Positions 11,004-19,273 of a stretch of DNA of 64,000 nucleotides are shown in pieces (position 1 is the stretch's first letter; each line of letters opens with the position of its first letter). The DNA is from Promethearchaeota archaeon (GTDB lineage: Archaea; Asgardarchaeota; Lokiarchaeia; Sigyniarchaeales; SOKP01): NCBI GenBank assembly GCA_016840085.1, contig JAEOTA010000088.1:64001-128000 (forward strand), given 5' to 3'. Both the position numbers and the translations under genes were made by a program. The notes beneath the pieces were generated by a model that did no database searches, was not told the DNA's origin, and worked only from the letters and a program-made list of their open reading frames with translations.

Positions 11004-11064
11004 TTCACCAATTTTTTTAATTATTAATAAAATTATAAAGGTTAATAAGAGACGGTGAAAAAAT

Positions 11065-12393
11065 ATGTTAGGTGGAAAGGGTAGAAATTTAATCTTATTT
11101 GCAGTATTTTTTCTTACAGCAGGTTTTGCATTTGTGAATTACTTTCTGCTATATTTTGCCGTACTATTACTTTTTAGTACTATTATCAGTTTACCCGTAT
11201 TCCACTATAAGATGAACGTTGAAGAATTATTAGTACATCGAGAACTTGAGAAAGAAAAAGTATTTAGAGATGATTTTGTTCATGTAAAAGTAGTTATAGA
11301 GAATATTGGACGTAACAGTTTTGATTTTCTTGAAATCAGAGACATTTTTAACCCTCAACTTTTTAGATTGATTTTAGGTGAAAATTTTATATCGACGAGA
11401 ATTGGCCCAAAAGAAATAGTTAAGTTTTCCTATGTTCTTGAACCAAGAGTTAGGGGGGAATATGCACTCGGACCCTTATCAGTAATAGTAAAGGATAGAT
11501 TAGGGTTCAATTCATTAGAAAGAATCGTTCCTGACAGCGTTACTGATATATTAATATATCCACCATATGAAGATATTAAAAGAATTGAAATATTGGGTTC
11601 AAAAAGATCTTTACAATTAAACTATGGTCTACAGAGATCAAAGCAAAAGGGTCTTGGTTCTGAATTTTATGGCATGAGAAAATATGTTTTTGGGGATCAA
11701 TTTAGATTAATAGATTGGAAAGCAAGTGCTCGAACTCAAACCCTAATTGTAAAAGAATTTGAGAGTGAAAGAGATGTGACTGTTATGATTTTAGTAGATT
11801 CTTCAGAAACAATGGCGGGGGGTGCTATTGAAAATACTAAATTTGAATATGCAATAAGAGCATGCATGCTTTTAACTAAAGTAGCTTTAACACGAAGGGA
11901 TAGCGTTGGCGTATTCACATTTTCAGATAAGAAAAATTTCAATTTCTTAAAACCAAATAGCGGTGAGGAACATTTTTATCAGGTATTAGATTTTGTTGCT
12001 CGAGTGAAACCAGAGGGGAAATGTAGAATTGTTGAAGCCCTTGATCATTTCACACGTAGATTTCAGAAGCGAAGTTTAGTTTTCATTATATCTGATTTAG
12101 AAGCAAATCCTAAAGAGACTAGTCAAGCGATAAAAAAATTAATACCATTCAATCATTCTGTCATTATTATCAATCCTTTTAGTCCTTGGTTCGAAATTCA
12201 TGAGATAGATTTATCATCAACAGATAAGGCATTAGCAGAAGCGATTAGCGAGGCGATGATGGAACATGTTCTAACAATTAAACAAGAACTTCGAAATTTA
12301 GGTATCAATATTATAACATGTGGACCTGATGATATGATGAATCAAGTTTTAAGTAATTATATGGAAGCAAAGAAGAAGGGGAGGGCGTTTTAA
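11065..12393 (+). CDS. DUF58 / vWA domain protein (MoxR partner)
   Basis: EFYGMRKYVFGD, IDWKASAR, VKEFESE, MIDAS-like VDSSETM, ISDL; N-terminal TMs. Confidence 0.92.
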   Translation: MLGGKGRNLILFAVFFLTAGFAFVNYFLLYFAVLLLFSTIISLPVFHYKMNVEELLVHRELEKEKVFRDDFVHVKVVIENIGRNSFDFLEIRDIFNPQLFRLILGENFISTRIGPKEIVKFSYVLEPRVRGEYALGPLSVIVKDRLGFNSLERIVPDSVTDILIYPPYEDIKRIEILGSKRSLQLNYGLQRSKQKGLGSEFYGMRKYVFGDQFRLIDWKASARTQTLIVKEFESERDVTVMILVDSSETMAGGAIENTKFEYAIRACMLLTKVALTRRDSVGVFTFSDKKNFNFLKPNSGEEHFYQVLDFVARVKPEGKCRIVEALDHFTRRFQKRSLVFIISDLEANPKETSQAIKKLIPFNHSVIIINPFSPWFEIHEIDLSSTDKALAEAISEAMMEHVLTIKQELRNLGINIITCGPDDMMNQVLSNYMEAKKKGRAF

Positions 12394-12396
12394 AGC

Positions 12397-13839
12397 ATGG
12401 TGCGTAGCTATTTATTAACATTAAAGATTATTAATGTATTTGTGTATGTTTGGCTATTCTTAATATTTCTCACATCAATATTTCATTTTGATGCAGTTAT
12501 TACAACCGCAGAGGATGAGTTCGTCATATTAGCATTCTTTGAAGCGATTAGAAATGTATTTTCCTACTTAATATATGGAGGAAGTTTAGCTATTGCTTAT
12601 ACTTGCGCTTTCTTCACTTCGGGTATGTATAGTAATTATATATTTGAGTTTGTTAATATATTCTTTGAGAAATATTTAAGCTCATGGTTTTTGATTGAAA
12701 CACCAACTTTGCAGGACATTCCTAATCTGATTTCAAGCGAACTGGGAGTATTATTTAATGATTTTTATTTATTTGCTTTTCAATTGTTATTTGTAATTTC
12801 AATTGTCTATGCCATTAGAGCATTTATCAAAAGCGATCCAAAAACTTATCTTATATCTCTTGGTTCAATAGTTCTTATGATTGTATTCCCTCTCATGATA
12901 ATTGGTTTGAAAGATTTGTTAGATTTGTTAAATTTTCGATTTCAATACATAAATCAAATGGCAAGCGCAAACCCACTTGATCCTATTTTATCTGAAATAC
13001 CAATTGATAATTTCTTTCTATTTATATCAAGTCCAGTTATTCTTTTTGCCATAATCTCTTATATTTATTTAGAGCTAGCATTTCAAATCGATTATACAGA
13101 TACTGTTACGAAACCTTCTTTAGAAAGGAGCGATAGGTTAGAAGCACAATTAAATATTTTAGAACGAGAATCGCATTTTGTAATTGCAAATGTAGATAAA
13201 ATTAGAGAAGAAGCTAAGAAAAGGAGAGAAGAAATTGAGGCAGAACAAAAAGAAGGTTTAGCAATAGGAAGATTTTTTGCTAAAACAGGTAAGCGATTTT
13301 CATATGTAAAAGAAATGATAGAAAGAAGGAAATTAGAAGAAGAAGAAAAAAAATTAGTAACCGCTGCTTCTAAAACGAGAAGGCTTGGAAGATATATCGA
13401 ACGTCTTTTTAGGGAGGATTTAGAAGCAAGAGATACTTTGACTGCAAGTTCTTCAGCACCTCGAGCTAAAAATTTAATTACATCAACCTTAATTAATTTT
13501 ACTTATAGAGTAGGTTTACTCTTAATAATAAGTTTCATTATTATCCATCCTCTTTGGTTTTTAGGTACAGTTATTCAATTACCGGATTCAATTACAGAAA
13601 GTGTGGCGATGTATTCCCCTGAAGTAATCATAATATTATTACTTCCAATTATGCTTCTCTTTCCTGTAATTTCTCAATTAATATCGTTTATTAAACATCG
13701 TAATTTAATAATTAGATTGCAACAAGAAGGGCGTATAAAGGAAATTCTTGCATCGGTTGGGGATTATGTTAAGGTTGATAAAGAAAAAATAGAAGATCAA
13801 AAAGTAGAAACTGAAGAAGTCGCTACAGAATCAACTTAG
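12397..13839 (+). CDS. Polytopic membrane protein with central cytoplasmic coiled coil
   Basis: Multiple hydrophobic helices plus an E/K/R-rich segment; 3 bp after the DUF58 gene. Confidence 0.75.
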   Translation: MVRSYLLTLKIINVFVYVWLFLIFLTSIFHFDAVITTAEDEFVILAFFEAIRNVFSYLIYGGSLAIAYTCAFFTSGMYSNYIFEFVNIFFEKYLSSWFLIETPTLQDIPNLISSELGVLFNDFYLFAFQLLFVISIVYAIRAFIKSDPKTYLISLGSIVLMIVFPLMIIGLKDLLDLLNFRFQYINQMASANPLDPILSEIPIDNFFLFISSPVILFAIISYIYLELAFQIDYTDTVTKPSLERSDRLEAQLNILERESHFVIANVDKIREEAKKRREEIEAEQKEGLAIGRFFAKTGKRFSYVKEMIERRKLEEEEKKLVTAASKTRRLGRYIERLFREDLEARDTLTASSSAPRAKNLITSTLINFTYRVGLLLIISFIIIHPLWFLGTVIQLPDSITESVAMYSPEVIIILLLPIMLLFPVISQLISFIKHRNLIIRLQQEGRIKEILASVGDYVKVDKEKIEDQKVETEEVATEST

Positions 13840-13856
13840 ATATCTTTATATTTAAT

Positions 13857-14789
13857 TTAAGATAAATTGATTATAAACTGAGCCAATTGAATTTTCTTTT
13901 CTATACTTGTCATTAGTGTATCGTAACAATAAGTTCTTATTCCTAATTTTTCAATTTCTGGTTTTAATTTGCAATCTTTATTATCTATTATAAAATGACC
14001 TATAATATTTTTATAAAAGTTTGCGACTCCTACACAGGAAACTTCTAAACCTAAAGATTTCATTAGCTTATCAGCGGGGCCCTTTACAGTTGTTCCTTTT
14101 ATTATTGGGCTAATTGCATACACTTTTTTTTTAACTTTTGAAAGACTATCTTTAATTCCTTTTACTTGAAGTATTGTTTCTATTGATACAATTGGATTAG
14201 ACGGACAAATAATAATTCTTTTCGCCTTATTGATATATTCTAAAACTCCCTTGACAGGTTTAGCTTCTTTTATTCCTTTAAATTCTACTCCCAAAATTTC
14301 TGGTTTACATTGATATTTTATATAATATTTTTCAAAATGCATCGATTCTGTAGGAGTTTTAATGTATGTTTCAACTGGTTCATTAGACATAGGAATTATT
14401 TGAGATTTAACTCCAAAACTTTTGCAAATCTTAGCTGTTATCTCTGCTTTACTAAAACCTTGACTATATAAGTCTGTGCGATAAATATGTATTGCTAAAT
14501 CCTTATCACCAGCATTAAACCATCCTGCATTGTAAAATTTTTTTAAAATACTTAAACAATTAAAAGTTTCTTCAGCAAATCCCCATCCCTTTTCCTTATC
14601 AATAAAATTTGACAGTGTATAAGTTATTATATCCAAATCAGGACAAATTTTCAAACCGAATAAATCAATATCATCACCAGTATTCACGATAATTTTTAGC
14701 AGTTCAGGATTTACTACATTTACCAATCCTTCAATAAATTTAGCAGCACCAACACCTCCCGCTAGGAGTAAATAAAAATCGCTATTCAT
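13857..14789 (-). CDS. cofD: 2-phospho-L-lactate/PEP transferase CofD (F420 biosynthesis)
   Basis: LAGGVGAAKF, IVNTGDD, ICPDLD, GDKDLA, ICPSNPIVSI, GPADKLM. Confidence 0.95.
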   Translation of the reverse strand: MNSDFYLLLAGGVGAAKFIEGLVNVVNPELLKIIVNTGDDIDLFGLKICPDLDIITYTLSNFIDKEKGWGFAEETFNCLSILKKFYNAGWFNAGDKDLAIHIYRTDLYSQGFSKAEITAKICKSFGVKSQIIPMSNEPVETYIKTPTESMHFEKYYIKYQCKPEILGVEFKGIKEAKPVKGVLEYINKAKRIIICPSNPIVSIETILQVKGIKDSLSKVKKKVYAISPIIKGTTVKGPADKLMKSLGLEVSCVGVANFYKNIIGHFIIDNKDCKLKPEIEKLGIRTYCYDTLMTSIEKKIQLAQFIINLS

Positions 14790-16216
14790 GATTTTTGTCC
14801 ACTATTAGTTTTAATTTCATATATAATATTTTTCAATTCTCTGCGTAGTGGTGCTTTAACCACCTTTAAGGGATACCCAACCGTAAAAAATGCCATTGGA
14901 ATATAAGATTCAGGAAGTTGAAGGATTTCTTTGATTAGATCTTTAGCAAAAAGGGGAGCACAATACCAACATGCGGCTAAATTCTTCATCTCAAGCGCTA
15001 GAAGAAAATATATTGCTGAACAACTTATGCTTTGGACACCAAGAATAAACTCATTTTGTGTTCGTTCCCTATCAGGATATTTTTCTAAGTCTATTGTGTC
15101 TAAGCACAGAAGAACGAGAATTGGTGCTTCGAAAAAATTCGTTCTTGTCTTATTTATTTTAGATTCTATAAAGTCATTAGACTTTCTATCATCTTGTAAA
15201 TCTTTTTTTAATTTTTCATTCATCTTATTTATTAATTTTTCGCGAAGAATGTCTTTTTCCATTATACAATACCTCCAAAATTGCCCATTATGGGCACTTG
15301 GTGCCCATCTTGCAAGTTCAATACATTCTTCGATTAAATTCTTGTCTACTTTTTTATTTTCAAATTGAAATTTATAACTTCTTCGATTTCTTAGAATTTT
15401 CGTTAATTTTATACGTTCACTATCAACGAATAAATCAAGTTCTTTCTTTCTTATTATTGGTTTAATTGTAGCATTTTCATTTAGTTCAAAATTATAACCT
15501 CTTATTAATACAACCGGAATTCCCTCATCAGCTTCTCCCATGACCAATTGCGCTGCTGAAGCAAGACTATCAACTTGACCCATAATTGTGCTTTGTAGTT
15601 CATAGCCAAATAAATCTTTCTCACCTCTTTTATCCAATATCGGATCTATCCCTGAAACCCCTACTGCAACACCTACAGCGCCTATCCTAAAAGCTCTTCC
15701 AAAAGAATCAGAAATGATGATTGCTATATCTTTATTAAATTTACTTTTTAATACTTTTCTTATTGTTTCAGCATCTTCATCGGGATTTTTTGGTAATAAT
15801 GTTACATTGCCCTCACCTTCAATATTGGACTTATCTATTCCTGCATCAGCACAAATAAAACCATGCTTAGTTTCAGTAATTAATACATGCTCAGCTCTTA
15901 TAATATCTTTGGATTCATCTAAAATTGCTTGGATTAACCTCGGATCTTTTGTTGGAATTCCTTGATTCTTTGCTTTTGGATTTATAGTTTCGTATAACTC
16001 CAAAGCTCTCCCACTTGGTTTGATATCGCTTAGATTTCTAATTCTTCCATTACTTTTCGATATCAAAGATTGAGCAATTACAATTATATCTCCATTTTCT
16101 AAAGTCAATTTGTGTTTTTCTAAAGCATCAGTAATAACTTGAGAGATATCATCTCCTTCTTTAATTAATGGAATACTTTTTAACCCTATTACTTGAATTT
16201 GATTTTCTAAACTCAT
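14786..16216 (-). CDS. cofE: F420-0:gamma-glutamyl ligase fused to FMN nitroreductase domain (FbiB architecture)
   Basis: N-terminal AGIDKSN, ISDSFGRAFR, LVMGEADEGIPVVLIRG; C-terminal RRS, WAPSAHNGQFW, LAACWYCAPLF. Confidence 0.93.
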   Translation of the reverse strand: MSLENQIQVIGLKSIPLIKEGDDISQVITDALEKHKLTLENGDIIVIAQSLISKSNGRIRNLSDIKPSGRALELYETINPKAKNQGIPTKDPRLIQAILDESKDIIRAEHVLITETKHGFICADAGIDKSNIEGEGNVTLLPKNPDEDAETIRKVLKSKFNKDIAIIISDSFGRAFRIGAVGVAVGVSGIDPILDKRGEKDLFGYELQSTIMGQVDSLASAAQLVMGEADEGIPVVLIRGYNFELNENATIKPIIRKKELDLFVDSERIKLTKILRNRRSYKFQFENKKVDKNLIEECIELARWAPSAHNGQFWRYCIMEKDILREKLINKMNEKLKKDLQDDRKSNDFIESKINKTRTNFFEAPILVLLCLDTIDLEKYPDRERTQNEFILGVQSISCSAIYFLLALEMKNLAACWYCAPLFAKDLIKEILQLPESYIPMAFFTVGYPLKVVKAPLRRELKNIIYEIKTNSGQKS

Positions 16217-16228
16217 AATGTATCAGTT

Positions 16229-17284
16229 TTAGATATTTAAATATCTTTTATTATCCACATCTTTACTAACAGCTAATTTTTCATATTTTTCTGGAATTGC
16301 ACAACATGCAGAAAAAAATTTATATTGAATTTTAGAGTTATGGGATCTTAACCATATTAAAGTATCTTTTGAGGGAATTTCAATTCTTGTAATCCCTGCT
16401 TTTAAGGCATATTTTTCAACTTCTATCTTTATTTTACCCCTAGGTCTCATACAGCCTAATGATATTTCTGTATTTGGAAAAACGAATCTTATCAGAGCTA
16501 TAACTTTTGCTATATCTATTGGATGAGGTGTTTCAAATTTAGTTTTAGAATATTTTGGAGGAATTAATACAATTAAGACTATCAATGATGGATGTATTTT
16601 AGTTTCTTGAATAAATTTTATACAAGCTAACTCTTTATGTAGCCGTCCATAATATAATCCAATACAAATATGTGGAACTATATTTAAATTATATTTTTTT
16701 AATAAATTAATTGCCCTTTTATATTCACTTAATTCAATATTTAAATGATAAATACTTCTAACAATTTCCTCATCCATAGTAATATCAAAAGATACCATAT
16801 CTACTTTAGCATCTGCAAGTTTCTTTGCAGTTTCTTCATTTAATAAACCCGTATGAGTATTAATTACTAGATTTGTATGGTTTTTTATTTTTTTTATGGT
16901 GTCTAAAAAATTCAATAAAGGTACTGATCCATCAAGTTCACTTCCACCAGAAATTAAAGCTCCAACCCCATCATTTTCATAGAGATCTATTAAAAATTTC
17001 TCTAAATCGTTATTTTCAGTAATTTGCTTCATACCCTTTAAATATTTTTTATTACAATGTTCGCATTTTAAAGCACATTCGCTACCAGTTATACTGATAG
17101 CAGGGAATCTAGTAGAAGGATTATATACTTTCAAAACATTACCAAAATTTTTTCGAGTAATATTTTGAGCTAAATTAAAGAATGGTTTCAATTTATCTGC
17201 TTTTAAGTCTAGAAAAGATGAAAAATCTGACCAAGAAGCAGATCTGGATTTTATTTTATCAAACAATTCTTGAGTTTTACTCAT
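16229..17284 (-). CDS. lipS1: Radical SAM lipoyl synthase subunit LipS1
   Basis: CALKCEHC radical SAM motif plus the LipS1-type GCMR and CC (SACCA) motifs; adjacent to lipoate ligase. Confidence 0.85.
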   Translation of the reverse strand: MSKTQELFDKIKSRSASWSDFSSFLDLKADKLKPFFNLAQNITRKNFGNVLKVYNPSTRFPAISITGSECALKCEHCNKKYLKGMKQITENNDLEKFLIDLYENDGVGALISGGSELDGSVPLLNFLDTIKKIKNHTNLVINTHTGLLNEETAKKLADAKVDMVSFDITMDEEIVRSIYHLNIELSEYKRAINLLKKYNLNIVPHICIGLYYGRLHKELACIKFIQETKIHPSLIVLIVLIPPKYSKTKFETPHPIDIAKVIALIRFVFPNTEISLGCMRPRGKIKIEVEKYALKAGITRIEIPSKDTLIWLRSHNSKIQYKFFSACCAIPEKYEKLAVSKDVDNKRYLNI

Positions 17285-18056
17285 ACTTTTTTAACCATTT
17301 TAAATTTGAGTATTTTTCTTTTACCAACTGTTCAGCTAAAATTAATTCCTCGTCAGAAAAACTTCCTTCTATTAATTTAATTCCCAAGGTTTTTTCAAAT
17401 CCTCGTCTAAGTGATTCTATTAATTTTTTTTCATTATAATTTGGTAATTGTTCCTTAATTCCAATACATTTAGCACGAACAGATTTCACCATTCTAGTTT
17501 TACTAACAGTCTCGGGTGCTTTTAAAACTGAATACATTAAATCAGGATCAAGATCTAATAAAATTGTACCATGTTGGAGAATATAACCTTTCTTCCTCAC
17601 TTGTGCATTTCCAGAAAATTTTTTTCCCTCTATCATAATTGCAGGACAATGAATTACATCTTTTTCAGGCGTCAGTCCAAAAATCATTAATCCTGCAATA
17701 ATTCCTTGTGTAATAATTTCAAATTGGTCTAATACTTTTCTACCGCCTAGATGTTCTAAAAATTTTATTGGACATATAATTGAATAGGTCAACTCCCGAT
17801 CTTCATCATGAAATACGGCACCGCCTCCTGTAATACGTCTAACAACATTAAATCCCTTTTGATTGGCAAATTTAATATCTATTTCTGCTGATAAACTTTG
17901 ATTTCTTCCAATACTTGCTGTTGAAGGTCTCCATTTGTAAAATCTCAGAGTATTTGGTGATTTTTTTTTGATCATCATTCTTAATATGGCTTCATCTAAA
18001 GCCATATTCCAAAATCCATTTCTAACGGTTAATGGTATATATCGGAATGAATTCAT
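17277..18056 (-). CDS. Lipoate/octanoate-protein ligase catalytic domain (LplA/LipM family)
   Basis: NMALDEA, SIGRNQ, VVRRITGGGAVFHD, KKFSGNAQ, QHGT. Confidence 0.93.
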   Translation of the reverse strand: MNSFRYIPLTVRNGFWNMALDEAILRMMIKKKSPNTLRFYKWRPSTASIGRNQSLSAEIDIKFANQKGFNVVRRITGGGAVFHDEDRELTYSIICPIKFLEHLGGRKVLDQFEIITQGIIAGLMIFGLTPEKDVIHCPAIMIEGKKFSGNAQVRKKGYILQHGTILLDLDPDLMYSVLKAPETVSKTRMVKSVRAKCIGIKEQLPNYNEKKLIESLRRGFEKTLGIKLIEGSFSDEELILAEQLVKEKYSNLKWLKKYE

Positions 18057-18072
18057 TTTGCCTATTAAGATA

Positions 18073-19074
18073 CTAGTTTGTAAAATTTATTAATAGATTA
18101 TAGATTTCCTGTTTCTCAATTTCATTTAATTTTCTTGGATAGTTATAAATAGGCCCTGATGGCTTTGAAGTGTAATATGGGCGATTACATCCAGGACATC
18201 CTGATGTTAAGAAAGCATCAGTATCATGTAAAATGTTTTTTAAATCTCCTTTACTGATATTAATATTTACAATATTATTCTTCATATTAAAAGTAAAATT
18301 TTTCAAATCTTTATCCATATTTATAATAACATATCTACCTAACTGCAATTTTCTAAAACTCAATAGGTTTGGTTGATTCAAGTTTTCACATCTTGTACCT
18401 TTTATTGGAGTAAAAGCAAAAAGAGCCACTGTTATCTTTAAATTGTATAGTTTTTCAATGAGTTGCATTACATCTCCTTCAGTTTCTCCTAATCCTATGA
18501 TAATATGTGTACTTACAGCCCCTTCTCCAAAAATTTCTAATGCTTCTTTCAATTTTTGAAAATGTTTATCCCATGTATAAGGACCCTCAACTTTAATCCC
18601 TTTAATTTTATCAAAAATCTCTGGTGTTGCTCCATCCAAAGCAATACCCACTCTCTGAACACCTTTACGTTTTAACTCACGCAATTTTTCTATTGACATA
18701 GGAGGGATAGCAATAGATATGGGCGTATTAGAATTAGTTTTAATTTGAGCAACAATATTTATTAAATCATTAAAATTTTCAGAATAGTTTAAAGTTTGAA
18801 TGCAAATTCTTCTGAATCTTCTTGAAGGAGGTAAATATTTTAATTTTGTCAAAAAATCCTTGAATGAAAAAACAGGCCAATTAATCCGAGAAAGTTTTTC
18901 CCTCGAGCTTTTCGAGCTTCTTGCTTGTGGGCAAAAACCGCAATTTGCCAAACAATGACCCTCTTTAAAAGTCATAATATAGCAAGTTGTTGGATCATCT
19001 TTGAATTTTCTTTTTGATTCTAATCCTAAAACAGAAGCACTTCCTACAGATACCCTTATTTTTTCAATAGCCAT
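18073..19074 (-). CDS. lipS2: Radical SAM lipoyl synthase subunit LipS2
   Basis: CLANCGFC plus C-terminal TSGCPGCNRP (TxGCPxCNRP signature). Confidence 0.87.
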   Translation of the reverse strand: MAIEKIRVSVGSASVLGLESKRKFKDDPTTCYIMTFKEGHCLANCGFCPQARSSKSSREKLSRINWPVFSFKDFLTKLKYLPPSRRFRRICIQTLNYSENFNDLINIVAQIKTNSNTPISIAIPPMSIEKLRELKRKGVQRVGIALDGATPEIFDKIKGIKVEGPYTWDKHFQKLKEALEIFGEGAVSTHIIIGLGETEGDVMQLIEKLYNLKITVALFAFTPIKGTRCENLNQPNLLSFRKLQLGRYVIINMDKDLKNFTFNMKNNIVNINISKGDLKNILHDTDAFLTSGCPGCNRPYYTSKPSGPIYNYPRKLNEIEKQEIYNLLINFTN

Positions 19075-19273
19075 TGATCTCTCTAGTAAATTAGTAATAT
19101 TAAGTTTTATTCCTTCAAATTATAATTTTATCTTGTTGTAATAATAATTGCTTTCTTAAGAAATATCAGAATTTACAGAATATATTTCTCTACATAAATA
19201 ATTTATTGAATCAATAATTAAGATATTAAATATAATGCATATCCCCGAATTTTAAAAAAAGTGGTAAAGAATT

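Noticed and set aside
14931-15965. Plus-strand ORFs within cofE, representative of the many short antisense ORFs in the track (e.g. 2056, 33912, 45032)
   Set aside because: Shadows of well-supported genes with no motifs of their own
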